Of a stretch of DNA of 64,000 bases, positions 37,201 to 50,956 are shown piece after piece. Origin of the DNA: Bugula neritina (Eukaryota > Animalia > Bryozoa); contig OZ037767.1 in assembly GCA_964035545.1 (NCBI GenBank), forward strand, positions 10,612,581 through 10,676,580. Reading direction: 5' to 3'. The position numbers and the translations under genes were made by a program. Numbering within the stretch: the first letter of the stretch is position 1; each line of letters starts with the position of its first letter. The notes beneath the pieces are model-generated. The model was not told where the DNA came from. It saw only the letters and a list, made by a program, of their open reading frames with translations, and searched no databases.

Positions 37201-39058
37201 ATTTGCAAAATTCAGGGTTGTTTTGTCATATCAATGATGATTGAGACATAAACAATGATTGATTAGGGTTTGTTTAAACTTTGACAGCCAGGGATGGAGT
37301 GGTTACCATGACACTATGTACTATGATTATATATGTTTGTCTGATTCAATTAATTAAATTCATATTTCAGAGAACACAACTTCAAAAGTCGCCCAAAAAC
37401 CAACATATCACACAGTGGTCTTACATCACTCGAATCCAAGCACTAGATAAAGCTGGGCATTTCAACAATGCAAAGAGCAAAACTATAAAAACATTGACAA
37501 AATGAAATGCAGCACTGCAAACTTGGATTTTGGTGTTAATTTAGCACTTTCTTCAGTAAAAATTAAAATTAAGGCACCGCATATGAATATGAATTAAAAT
37601 GAATATTAATTCAAGGAATTGGAATAAACGAGCATTGAAATCTTGACGTGATGGTCTACTAACAATGAAAGAGGAAGTGCCCTGCATATTGAGTAAGGCT
37701 AGCAGCAGCAGGCTGGCAGCCCATACCACGGCTTTCCTCCTGGTCAGCAGCACACACAGGTAGACCACACAGACATTGCATATTAGAAACGTCAGCTGTT
37801 TCAGCCCCAACAGGTAGGTTAGTGAAGCTAGACTGTACACTATATTAGTGTAAATTCGACCCTACAATCAATAACATATACCTGAATAACATATATTAAG
37901 AACATGTTTCATAATGAATTAGTGATTATTAATAAATTATTCACAAGAATTTGTTTAAATAGAAATGGAGACATGTTTGTAAGTGTCCAAATGTAACTAG
38001 ATAAATTGTAAAACGATCAATTGCTTATGAAAAACTCAACTAAAAAAGCAATTTAAGTAAATAACATGACAGGGTGAGAACTAAACTTCATCTTAAAAAG
38101 CTAAGAATTTTGTTATAAACACTACAACACAGTGACTACCTGTCACTGTGATAGTGTCAGTGTGTAGAGCTGCAGGCAATAAAAATTACAAGAGCTTAGA
38201 AAATAAACTAGTGCTTACTGCAAAATATTTTTAATACTAATTTGCTTTCAAAATGTACAAAATATCGAAACTATATATAAATTAAAAAAAATAATATTAC
38301 TATATTTTAAATTACTGTATTTGTAATAAAACAAATTATAAATTTTGTATTCAAGTTGCGAAGTTTCAAAAATCTACTCTATCTAAAAATTTACACATGT
38401 TTGTGATTTTTTATACATTATATAGCAACAAGTGTAGGCTACATAAAATTAAATAATAACCAGTAATGCACACTAAAACATGGCAGAGCAATGAACCGCC
38501 GTCCTCAACATGGTGAAGTAATCGCAGTTACCTTCTCTAAGTAAAGGTTGAAGATGAGTCCCATTAGCATGTGACCGAGGTAGAACAGAATGTTGCTAGT
38601 ATAGTAATCAGCCCAGTACCGCCACTCATAATCTGAATCATCCATCTTTCTGCCAAACCACCAGCTTGGATGCAGATCAAAACTCAGCATGTCTTCTTTT
38701 TCTAAAATGTGATTAAAATAAACACTGTATCTGAGACATTTAGAGCAGAAACTTAATAGATGATTCTAACCTGTATAGTATTACAGAAATATATTCGCTC
38801 AAGATACAAGCTTAGCTGTATAATATTAGAGAAATACATTCACCCTAATTAGAATGCTAGCCAATATTTGTCCACCTGAATGCATGAATTTATATACATT
38901 GAAGCGTTCAGAGAGTTCGAGCCTTGAGAGATGCCAACAAACTTACCCAACGATGACAGAAACACTAAATAGCAACACCATGATGTCAGACTCAAGTATA
39001 AAATAGAACTTATTAAAATCTCTGGTACAGAATACATTTCTTTCTCTTTTCCTTTCAT
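34274..39058 (-). CDS. HHAT: Hedgehog acyltransferase / Rasp-like protein-cysteine N-palmitoyltransferase (MBOAT), 9 coding exons
   Basis: Exons 39058-38947, 38701-38532, 37861-37664, 37075-36854, 36368-36237, ~36152(or 36167)-35926, 35806-35605, 35352-35211, 34452-34274. Motifs GRKMDDSDYEW, LRLIS, YALYFPTFFSGPFISY, LKYLVLYGVP, WRTFDVGLYNF..QYIYIPLGGS, catalytic GFWHG, FLGGKNVG, terminal TLIVLAYCH. Confidence 0.93.
34651..34850 (+). mobile_element. tRNA-derived SINE, family A
   Basis: TGGTCTAGTGG A box, GGTTCGAACCC B box, same core and tail as 23262-23476. A 3' fragment also lies at ~35830-35892. Confidence 0.9.
36715..36845. repeat. ~21-23-bp intronic minisatellite (ACTTACAGTACATACTACATATA-like)
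   Basis: Adjacent to the HHAT exon-4 donor at 36853. Confidence 0.85.
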
Positions 39059-39475
39059 GCTGAGTTATTTCTACAAAGAAAAATCCACAGGTTATGCAGT
39101 AAAATATATGATAAGAAGTTGAAACATAAGTTCTTTGAAATGAATTTTGAAGAATAGGTAAATTTCTTTTAGACTCGAGACTTAGAAATAAAACTCAAAC
39201 GTTTGAGTTTGAGCCTTGATGAAATACTGCAAACATCAAGGCTCCTACAACTTATGAATTTCTAGATTCACAATTGCCCTTTTATGCTCATGCAATTATC
39301 TATTTGACTAGAAATTATTGCAATTGTTGATTTTTTGAAAAAAAAAGATTTCGTGTCAGCCATCAGAGGTTGTGAAGTAAAACAATGTAAATGGCAAATA
39401 TTACAATTGTAATAATTTGTAATAAATACCACTAATGATGCTAGTAACACAACTACTAGACAAATCTAAATAGCA

Positions 39476-39514
<39 letters not shown>

Positions 39515-39829
39515 CTTTTCTTAAAAATGACAAAGGTTATTATATATTAATTGCTCTTAAGTGCATAGCAATTTAAATTTTTACAGCTTTATGACTTTAT
39601 TGTTTTTAGTAAAATCTAGGCCTCAAAAAGAGTTGCTGTCAGTATTTCTGAAATAAATCTAAATAAAAAAATGACTATCAATAATTAATAATCTAGTAGA
39701 AATAAAAGATAAGCAAAATATTAAAAAGCACAAGTTTAGGTATATCTAATTTCAATTGTAGACAATTGACTATAGCTATAATTAGAAGATTAGCTGATGG
39801 TTGAAAAATGAACACTATGAGTACTGCTA

Positions 39830-40740
39830 AACTAAGTCAGCATTATGATCATCTTAGCCTACAATCCACAGTTTTGGTTGAGTTTTACTAAAGTATGATT
39901 ATAACTATATGTAAGTTATTAAAGGATATTCAATAATCATAAAATAAAATGCAACAATAAATATACTCATAGCTATACTCATAGTCATGGTGATAGTGAT
40001 ACTCATCATGATAGTCATAATGACGGTTGGGCAAATTCCAATTTAAACTTAAATATATCCCTTTAATTTCAAGTTCATGATTTTCATAATCATAATGAAA
40101 ATCTTGTAATAATCAGAATAATAATCACAATGTATCAAACTATCAGCATCATCATGATAATGCGTTATTTTTAATTACTATTACTATTAACATTCATATT
40201 CATATTGTGTTTATTCTACTATATTTATTTTTAGTTTTACTATTACTATTAGTATTAGTATTACTAATACTAATATGAATAATAGTAATAGTATTAGTAT
40301 TGCCATTAGTATTACTATTACTACTAGTATTAATATAAGTTAAAGCATAAGCACAACTATAAGATTAAGTATGAGTATTTAATAATGGCTAATGAGTATG
40401 ACTAGTGACAAGTGAGCAATCAGCAATGATCACAAGGATAAATTAAAATAATATTAATTGTTATTGTAATAACTATAGGCTTACAACAATTATATTCATC
40501 CTCATACTGATACAGTCAATAATTATGAATATGATTATCATTATGATTTATTATTACGATTATCATTATGCACTTACTCGTAGACTTATACTAGTTATAC
40601 TATCAGTATCAGTATCACTATCACTATAGTATAAGTATATCTTATAGTTATAGTTATTCAGATTATTGATTATCATAATCATAATGATAATGCTTATGTT
40701 ACTAGTTATCAGCAAGATTTAATGTTGCATAAGTCTCTAA
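39830..40740. other. A-N-T triplet/hexamer periodic low-complexity tract at the 5' end of HHAT
   Basis: For example ACTAATACTAATATGAATAATAGTAATAGTATTAGTATTGCCATTAGTATTACTATTACTACTAGTATT and ACTATCAGTATCAGTATCACTATCACTATAGTATAAGT. Confidence 0.7.
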
Positions 40741-41331
40741 TGACTTGTGCACGAAAGAACTAAATGGTGGCGTTCAAATCAGTCCAATATTGTTATTACA
40801 AAGGTAACAAGAGGAATTAGGATCAACGTCCAGCTAACATATTTTATATTCATGTTGGTCTTGCATTCTGAAACCGCGTGCAGCTCACTTTTGGGTTTAG
40901 CCTTAGCGAATAGTCAATGTATCACCCTAACATATTACATAATGCTACAGTCGTAAGTTGTATGCGGTATCATTGTTGTTGAAAATTATGAACCAGAGCT
41001 AGAGGTTTTATTTGGTAATCGCTTGGGGCAGTACCGTGGTAATAATCACTGGGTGCATTGGTTAAGTGTCTCGAGTTTCGAGCTCGGGTTTGAAGTTCGG
41101 AAAACGATGTGCATACAAGCACTGCAATCAGTCAGCCCCAACTTAGTGCTGCTTCTAGCGATGCTTGTTATGGCCTAGCAGTGTCATATATGCCCTTTAA
41201 CCCATTGCTTTAAGTCGTTAAAATTCCTAAGACACTTGGTGTTCAAAAAGTTAAAACTTGAAGGAAGATATCACACTGCTTTTGTTCCCTGAAATATAAC
41301 ATGTAGTTAATGGCTTCATTTGAAGCACTAA

Positions 41332-41664
41332 GCCTAGGGCCACACGGTGCGTATTTTCGCATGCGAAAATTGAAATCACAAGTAGCAAAGGTGTCCACTG
41401 TGCGCGTTGAGAAAACCTTCGCACTTGTCGCTCTGCATTTTCAACGCAAGTGCGAATCGTCTCTGTCGTCGTCACCTAATTGGCTGGTAGCTATTCAGCG
41501 AGCCCAATTTCTTTCTTTAGTGCTATATTCCAGTAAATTGCGTTTTATTGAAAGCGAGTGCGATTTAAAAATGAAAGCTTTATTTATCACGCATCACTGA
41601 CGCTACAGTGGACACCGTGGTTTTAATTTTCGCATGCGAAAATACGCACAGTGTGGCCCTAGGC
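41332..41664. mobile_element. MITE, PIF/Harbinger-type (copy 1)
   Basis: ~70-bp TIRs starting GCCTAGGGCCACAC, each containing the palindrome TTTTCGCATGCGAAAA; TAA direct repeats at 41329-41331 and 41665-41667; near-identical to 57338-57680 but lacking 10 bp in the right TIR. Confidence 0.92.
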
Positions 41665-43173
41665 TAAGCTGGACTTTATCCCATTTCATTGGCTTGATGC
41701 ATCAATACGCTGATGCATGAGAAGATAACTGTTTCCCAAGTGCAAAAAATCTTCAAAATGTTGCACATTGAAATTATGCTTCTTTCTTACTCATGATTTG
41801 GTGACGGTTAAAATTTTTTGTTGTTATAGTACAATTCAATATTGTAGAGCTAATTAAGTCTGTACACCAGCAAATCTTGTGCTTGAATTTTCAAGTGCTT
41901 GTACTAATATGTCCTTAAACTGTTATGTAAATGGGCTTACAAATAATTTATAAATAGTTATAAGTTGCTTTTATCGATCAACATATTTCATACTTGATGT
42001 AGAAATTGTCTTCTCACTTTAGGAACAAGGAGCCTATCACTATAAATAGGGTTGCAGATGCTGTAGCTTTTAGCAATGATCTGCTAATATACTCTGTAAA
42101 CATTTAAAGTGCTAATAATAAAGTATTTCTCTGCAGACTGCATTTGACTGCTCCACAGTATTGGAGTTGTATTCCCAACTAGAAGGTTGCAGTGTAAACA
42201 GCAGTGAGCAAGATTCTAACAATTTTTGTACAGGTTTTCTTTGCAGGTCAGACTTTGGGCAACTATGTTTACCAAGTTTTCTATTTTAATGAAACATTGT
42301 ATAGGATGTTGTTGAATAAAGCTGAACATTTAGTCATATTTGTTAATGATTATTTAAAGATATCACTGAATCAGGCGAAACAATAGCTCTTTGAAACATC
42401 TTCAGTGATAATATCAACACATTGTTCACCAGTAAAAAATGTGCAAAAAACTATTTTGCAGCTGTTGAGGAAATAGATACTTGGCATAAATTTTAGAAAA
42501 GGTTTGAAAGCCTTGGGCGTCAAGCATAAATTGCTTATATTTCACAGATTATTTTTAAAACATGTTTATAGTGACAAAATCAACAAACAGCTTTCAGTTC
42601 TGGGTAGGTGTACTATCCACACACTTACCTACCTGTATGTGTTTAAACAATCAACAAGTACCGTCAGCAAGAAAGAGATTACGGCATTGAAATTCATTAA
42701 GATTTTCACCTCTGCCAGAAAAACTACAGTGACAAACTTTTAAATTTGAGACAAATAATTTAATGTTAAAAGTCAATCTTTACCTATTTACTACTACGCA
42801 GAGAAATCTTTATCCTTTCCGGGTCAATTTGTAGGAAGAGCATACCGATGGGGAGTTATGCTTTCAATCAGTAGCTAGAAAAAAAAGAGTTTTTCCGCTG
42901 GCAGACATTTTTAACTTATTCTATGGCAATGGACAAAAGCTATATCATGGAATTGTACCATTAGCTTATATACGATTGACTGATTTATTAATGCATATTA
43001 TTAACCAGAGAAGATGTCGTATGGTTGATCATTGATGTCTAAATCTTTAAAATTATTGATTACTAAATGCAATGGAACACTTTTTAGGAACGTTGGACAA
43101 GGAAAACAGCTGTGGTTGTAAATATTATGATTATACAGTGTAGCTGTTTTCACTTAATAGATGCTGAAAGTAA

Positions 43174-43243
<70 letters not shown>

Positions 43244-45720
43244 CGTATTATAGTTATTATGTACAGCAATAAAAAATTGAAAACCTGTGTTAATGAGTAG
43301 CCAAGACGGAGGAGATAAACTAGTATGTCCAACATCTCATAACATGACAGAAGCCAGTATATTGTTTATGTTTTTATCTAAACATTAAATAGCTAAATTT
43401 ATAGAACTCGGGCAAGGGGCTTGTACAATCTCACCTCACAATGTAACTGCTAACAACACTGGTTATTTTGTTCCACTTAGTGACAGAATATTCAGGATGT
43501 TCAGCCTTTTCCTCAGATCATGAGGACGTGTCCATCCGCAGACCGTCAAGCTGGTAGGAGGCAATAAATCACAATAATAATGGTAATAATGGGTAAAAGA
43601 TTGCAAATCGAAATATACTGGTTGTCAGTTTGGGCAGCTAGAGTTCTGTGTAGATAATATCAGAGAAGGGAGAAATTTTTGCTATACTATGTTAGTTGAG
43701 TTCTAATTAGTCTACAAATTATTTTTCTTTTCAGTGAACTATTAATATATAATATGGTGTTAATGTTCAACAAGCACACATTGTCTGGTTCTATTCCTCA
43801 CACAGTAGTATATATTTTATTTTGTGCTCTAAATCTATTTGAAATTATAGAACTTATGAAACTGGTGATACGCCTGTGGTTTGCGGTTGAAAGATAATTA
43901 AGCTAAGCCATATGAACTTATTCAGTATAGTTCTAAGTGCATTTTAGTCTTTTTAGGGAACTGGCTGTTTAATGTGAGCCATAATAAATTTTATTATTAT
44001 AATAGTTTTCTTAGTTTACCATTTGATCTCCACAATTTTTTGCGTCTTTTGTTGTTTGAAACCAGCTAATTATATTAAATGGCATAGACAATGATTACGC
44101 TAAACATAGTGTGATTAGAGTTTATTAAAACTTTGGAGATGTTAGTCACATGACCCTAAACGAGTAGAGCCTGCCAATGTCGTACCAATTGTGGATGCTA
44201 CTCATCCACAATTGTTAATCGCCTGAACGCTACCTGCTTGTCATTGGGGTAATAGTTTACCTTTATGACATGGGCCTCCTGCTTGATTGCATTCATTTCT
44301 AAACATTCAATTTCTAGAAAGGTCTTTGACTACAGTACAGCTACAGATATACTAACCTCTATGCTTTGTGTTGGAACTGTAAGTTACTGCCACAACCAGT
44401 GAAAAATTAGGTAATTAACTATGTTGGATATATAATCATACGGCATGCTAACATTAACAGCATAATCTCAGTATGTCCTAAGATAAGAATATTAATCCTG
44501 TTTAGCTATTACTTCTTAAAATATTCTACTTAGTTGCTTTTTTGCACAAATTTGTCATATTCAAATATTTCATACCTATAGTGAATTGTTGAAAAAAAAT
44601 TGGTATATAAGTGCTTAGTATTTAAGAAACCTGATGACTAATAAAACCTTATCAGCTAAATATGTATTACGTTTATGTTGAAAATTTCAAAGTTTGCTCT
44701 GAATAAATAAAGATTAATTACATCAGTTACGGAGTTACCGCATAATTGAAAACCATGTAGTAATGATGAAACATAAAACAATACATAATACCTGTCATTA
44801 AAATAAAGGTGTGTAATGAAAACTATATCTAATGTAATTTTAATGCTGGTTTGAAATGCATTGTCATATAAGTACTTCTGAATTGCTTCAAGACATGAAA
44901 TCGAAATATTTCTCAATAACTCCAAACACATATCTGTAAGAGAGTGTACGTGACCACATCCATTCTACGCATGACAAGGTCATTTTGTGGAACTGCTTTC
45001 GCTAGCTTTTTGACGGCACTAGATTGCCTCACATCGTTTTAGTCGTCACGGCAACTTCGAATCATCTGTTATGATAGAAATAATACAAGTGTGCTTGTAA
45101 AAGCATGACATAAGTTGTGTTTACAAATAAGATGGGTAATAGAGACTAATAGTTATAAAACTTGGTGGTGAAAAAATTGGTCTAAATCTAATTCTGGAGG
45201 ATAAAACAATAATTGGTACGTAGGTACTAAACTCTTGTATTTTGGCTATTTCTATATCCAGTGACCTTAAGGCAATATCAATTCTTTCTGAACGAATTCT
45301 ACTAAATCCTTGAAGAGTTGCCAAATGGTTAATTGCCAGCTCATAATTATTTTTAGCTACAAACCGGCTAAGTTATTTAACTTTTATCTTGATTAAACTT
45401 TTGTATACACTTACAATAGTAAACTCTTTATTGTTTTATATTCACCTTTACAATTACTATATTTTTATGCTGCACAAATGTTCCTGCAATTACTGTAGAT
45501 CAATGAGCAACAGCAGTGTATATATATACTTTACTATTTTTATCAGCAGGGCTACAAATTTGTAGCTGATGTAGAAGCTTGCAGGGAAGGTTTTTAGTTT
45601 TTGACAGGAAAACTAAATTTCTTGCATTAGTCTAAAAAGGAGGAAACACTGCTTTAGCGAAAAATGAAAGGCCATTTTAATGTTGATATTATATCCAATA
45701 AACTATGTAGTGTTGAGTTT

Positions 45721-45785
45721 ACCCAGTGGCCTCCACAGTGTAATGGTAGCACACTTGCTTGCAAGCCAGAGGACTCAGGTTCAAT
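45721..45785 (+). mobile_element. tRNA-derived SINE head, family B (degenerate)
   Basis: TACCCAGTGGCC..AGTGTAATGGTAGCA...TTGCAAGCCAGAGG..CAGGTTCAA; aligns by eye with 52385-52460 and 50855-50956(-). Confidence 0.6.
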
Positions 45786-47725
45786 TATTTTACCAACTAA
45801 ACAAAGAGTCTTTAACTAAGATATAACATAGGTCCTGCAAAAGGTTAAACGTTGTTCAAATTTGAACTCTTGATAGCGATGACAGCAGCAACACACTTGG
45901 CAGGAATAACTGAAATATAAGCAACACTTAGCTGCCCATTTCTTTTTTTTCAAGTTATAAAATAGATTAAGAAGCTGCGTTTCTAGTGCACAGACAGAAT
46001 AACAATGAGTACTTGACAGGTTAGGTCAAAGTTATCGTATTCAAAACATTGAAACCAAATCAATCAGACGAAAGGGCTACACAAGAAAGTTGAGCTTAAT
46101 TGGTCATGGATGCAAGTCTTAAACAGCAATTAAATTAACAAACTCTATTGGCTAGACCAGATGACTAACGTTTCACTTCGTTCTAGTAAGTTCTATTGTC
46201 CAGCACTCCTTTCTAAAAAACTTTCTAGGTTTTGTTCAACAATTCCAAGCATTAAAATGTACATCAAGCAAAATATTGTAAATAGATGAAACAGAGTGCT
46301 TAATATGAAGTTTTACCAACCTGCAGAAAAAATATATATAATGTAATCAACTATGCTTTAACAATAATATATTAACTTATATAAAAAAATATAGAAAGTA
46401 CAAGAACTGCTGAGTAGAGGCGGGCTGCTAAATAAAGGGCTCTGAGTCTATGGTTTGGGATTCCAATGACTGGCTAACAGTTTTACTTGGATACATTCAT
46501 AAACCTTATATGTGTATACATATATGATATAAAATAGGCTACTAGAAAGTAGAAAACATGCAGTAGCCTACTAGACTTTGTAATAAGCTACTTTAGTCGG
46601 TCTTTCGGCGTTGATAGTCTAGTCGGGTGTCATGGGGATGAAAGCTGATGCCTTTTTATTGTAAAAAAGATAAACATCATCTTTTCATATTATGCCTATT
46701 GAGTATGCAATTTTAATTTAAAGTTAATCCCTCAAACAGATGAATCATAAGTTATAAAACTCTCAGTCACCTGCAAGTATGTGGTGGCCATATGCAATTG
46801 CCAAAGTGACACGTGTTAGCTGGCATTATGTTAATGTCATGCTTTGAGTGGGAGTTCAAAAATTGCCACAATTATTAATAAGTTGGAACCTTGAACAAGA
46901 TTTCAAGGAGAAATTTTAGTCATTCAAAGAAACTAACATTCTGTGAATGTAACTAACTTTGAGTAGTTATAGTTTGAGCTTTGTGGCATGCGCGTTGTGC
47001 GCTGTGAATTGTTTGCTGAATGTTATGCGTGTTCTCGCGTGTGTATCCGTATTAATGAAGAGAGAGAGCTAAAGCTAGAAATATTATTTCTGTTTATTAG
47101 TTTACATGCAATCTTCAAGTGGCTAGAGTATGTATCTACAAATAAGCTAGTCGCACATTATGATTTCTGCAACAGCTTCATACAGCCTGCATAATAAGCA
47201 TAACTTAAACAGTATCAATCAATCTAATTTGAATACTAGTACAGCTTATATGAACATGATAAATTAATAGAGACCAAATTTTAAAGCAAAAGTTACAAAA
47301 TGTGCTAAATTTGGTGTTGAAAGGTTTTCTTTCACTCAAGTCATGTTTCAGCGTCATATTTTTAATAACTAAATAAAACATTTATACAAACTAGATAAAA
47401 AGTCAAAAGCTAAAAATTAAGCCATTTTCAGTTCCTGATAAATCACCAACAACAGATGCATAGTTCAAGTATTTACAATTTTGTGGAATGAATATATCAT
47501 ATATGTAAATAAATTATTATTTCACGTAGCAACAAACTGAAATATGAATATTTGTTTGTCTTAGTACTTCTGTTCACTGATGTACATCAGCAAATCAGAA
47601 ACAATGAACACTATACGTCACTATTTTGATTTTTGTCATCTGCAATGGTTGTTGATTTATCAAATATTCCTTTGCTCATCACCTTTCATCAACAGTGGGC
47701 AGTTGTTCTGAAATAACATTCTCCA

Positions 47726-47739
47726 GTTGCCATGGCAAC
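47726..47739. promoter_or_regulatory. Perfect RFX X-box palindrome GTTGCCATGGCAAC
   Basis: Exact match to the canonical symmetric RFX site; function untested. Confidence 0.55.
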
Positions 47740-49659
47740 GCCATGATGAAAGTTCCGAAGACATTAGAAACTTCTGCTATGTGAGCATTATTGGTTCATG
47801 ATTGGACTTATGAAATAGTTTGCAGAAGCTTAGCACTTTATATCTGCAGTATATAAGCATGAAAACTGGAAGAATCTGGCAGTTTATACTTTGTCTGTAT
47901 TAAAATAAAGTGGGTAAAATTTAACAGCTGTATTTCAATAATATTATTAATTCTTGATTGGCAATGGGTTATTTAGCACGGGAATCTTCGATGGATACTC
48001 TGTTTCATAATTTATCGAATTTCGATATTTGCCACGAGAGAAACATCTGTTTACAGTATGTATAGTTAACTGTATTATCATATTATAATAATTTAATTTG
48101 TTACCATACAGTGTATATTAATTTGAGCTATCACATATTCAAAACTTTATCTGAACATAAATGAAGCAGTAAAAGCTCAAGTAAATCTAAATCTATTTGT
48201 TACAATTAAAAATGTCAGAATGGTAATTATATATCAAAGTAATTGTTGATCTGTGTCATCTTTGTATTTGTGCGTTTCATAAATTTTTATGTCTTTTTTA
48301 GTCAGATTTTGGTTGTCAGCAAAGATGACACAAAGTTGTATAAAACAGATTGCGTTCCAGTTTTGTTTCAGGTGAGTTGTTAACCACAGCATTGCTTCAA
48401 CTTATCGACATCAATGTGAAGTTTAGAAATAAATGGAAAAAAATTGCATAAGCAGTGCTAAAACGTACAACCATTCAAACAAAACAGATGTTTTTATCAT
48501 TTTACTTTGGCTTCAATTCATATGTAACTCCACAAAGCACACATATAGTGCAAGCTATATGCTTGTCATATATTTAAACACCATTTAAAATAGAGAAATT
48601 TTTCTTTCAAGGCTCAAAACTAATATTGCATGATGAAAGCAACTTGAAACAATTTATTTTTAAAGAAAAATTGCAAATTGATAAAATCATGCTTTCTAAA
48701 GGTCAGTATTTTATCTCTTTTATACCACTTATAGCGCTATTATTTTGAGTACTGTACTCCTACCCGTTGTACACAAAATGCTGGATCTATTCATAATTAT
48801 TCTATATTCTCAGCAATGTCTGTGTTGGATTGTTGGTTATTTTTCTGGCATATAATCTGTGATTACCATATGCCATATGAGACAGTTGTTTTTATACACA
48901 CAGATGTCATTTTCCTAGTAAAGTAACCAACGTTGACTTGTGCGCTGTTGTTTTCCCTTTAAAACTCGCCTAATATTTTGACTTTAGAAAGTGCATCACT
49001 CCTTTTAAATTTACAATACATGTAATACAAATAATCAAATATGTTATGTTTTAGGCTACCTTTCCACAATTAATGGCACACCATGAAATACTTGGAAAGT
49101 AGCATTGGAACTACACTTGATGGTATATCGTGAAGTATTAAGAAAGTAGCGTTGGATTCCCATTCGATGGCACACCATGAAAATAACATGGTGGGGATAA
49201 TCACCTAAATACATTCAGAAAGCTTAGGGGTGACTTTTGAATTATTTAAATAATTATTTTCTATGATATTGTTTTGTATCAATAACTTGACTGTACATTG
49301 TATATGTATTTGTAACTTATATTGGAAACTTAAACAAGATCTAAATAATTTATTAGCTATATATATATGTTGTATAACACTTCTTGTACATTACACGATA
49401 TTCCGTCCATTATGAAAGCTGTAAGTAAAGAATAAAAGCCTTGTGATTTACTGATGTTTTCTTTCACAGATAATAAAGGAATGAACATACTAATCATCAT
49501 TATATTAATTATTCATTTTTCAGAAATATAAAAAATATGACTGCCATGAAGCTAAGAAATGCAAATTTTAGAATTAGTTGTATTAAAGTTTAAATTTAGT
49601 ATTATTCCTTCTTTAAATATATAAACAGCTTTTCACTCTAAAACCTATATAAGAAACTA

Positions 49660-49752
49660 GCAGCTGCAACTTGCAACTGCAACTAACAATTGCTACTAGC
49701 AACTGCAACTAGCAACTGCAACTAGCAACTGCAACCAGCAACTGCAACTAAC
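49660..49752. repeat. (GCAACT/GCAACTA)n short satellite
   Basis: Reverse complement of the TAGTTGC units of the 56.0-56.9 kb array. Confidence 0.85.
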
Positions 49753-49810
49753 AATACTAAGTTGCAAAATATTGCTACAATTTCAAATATACCATGAGAC
49801 TGCAGTAATG

Positions 49811-50033
49811 ACGGAGCAGCCGTGGTCTAGGAGTTAGAGTGCTTGCCTAGTAATCACAAAGTCGTGGGTTTGAACCCGACAAAGGCCATTGGTGATGTTA
49901 GGAAGAGCATGCAGCTATAATTGCTTCTGTGCCCCATTTGAATAAGTCCTTATCCTGATTTAACAAAAAAACCCTTTTCATCAGGGGTTTTCTCACAGGG
50001 ATGGTGACTATAAACTCTCTGTGAGTTTTTATA
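49811..50033 (+). mobile_element. tRNA-derived SINE, family A (full length, with TSD)
   Basis: Same head, core and tail; 14-bp TSD AGACTGCAGTAATG at 49797-49810 and 50034-50047. Confidence 0.92.
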
Positions 50034-50854
50034 AGACTGCAGTAATGGTATAACGTGAATGGAGTTTACAGTATGGAAGAGGGCAAAATTTAGGAGGAAA
50101 GTTTGAAAATTAATAATTTTAATTAGTTTGAAAGGCAGATATAAATCAGCATCTGACATATAATGAAGATTAAGTATACATCCGGTGAGTCAGATGACAA
50201 GGTGTAACACAGTACTCATACGTTTGTCTAGTTTTTGGGTGGAAGTTCTAATACACAATACACACGACGTAACTCAATTCCTTTTTACACAGGATTGTCA
50301 TTATAGATGTCCTTGTTTGAGTGTACAGCTGTTGTCTGTCATGAATTGTAAGCCATGATGCAGGTGTATATTCTATAAATAGATTTATGAGTTCAGATTG
50401 TTGCCTGTTTTAAACGCAAAGTGGGAGGGATTTTACTATCTATGTGTCACTCTATTCATGAAACCCATTCAATGTTTAGAAAAGACGATATGTGATGAGT
50501 GAACAATAAATTAGTGTTACATGTAGCAGGCAAGATTAAACAGATATGAAAAATAATGACGATGCGCATTCATGCAATATTATATAAAAAATTTTAAACG
50601 TGTTTTAGAAAGCATATTATGATATTCGAAGTAGTCAAATATATTGCAAGGCAGTGCGGGTATTCATTTAATCATATAACCATGCTCCACGAGTTGTTGT
50701 GGCTAAGATTATTAACTACCCTACTATACATGGTTCTTATATCAGAGTTCTTCCAGTTTTCTCAATTTCAGCGATATTGAGTATTTTTATTCAAAATATT
50801 GTTTTCTGTTGATACAAATAGTCACATAATCAGCATATAATTTCAAGCTCAGGT

Positions 50855-50956
50855 AATCATGACCGTAAAATATTTTCCCCGACTAGGGCTCGAACCCCAG
50901 ACCTCTAAGATTGCAGGCTAGCCTGCTAACTATTTCACCACCAGGCTATCGGGTAA
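50855..50956 (-). mobile_element. tRNA-derived SINE, family B
   Basis: Minus strand TACCCGATAGCCTGGTGGTGAAATAGTTAGCA...TGCAA..GAGGTCTGGGGTTCGAGCCC..GGGGAAAATATTTTAC; stems do not close as in a functional tRNA. Confidence 0.65.

Noticed and set aside
41251-41600. Duplicated ~96-126 aa ORF also seen at 57226-57606
   Set aside because: Incidental frames through the MITE; no transposase motifs.
42020-43555. Exon-like or decayed coding patches on the + strand beyond the HHAT 5' region
   Set aside because: Frames close quickly and no family was recognised; a divergent lncRNA cannot be excluded.
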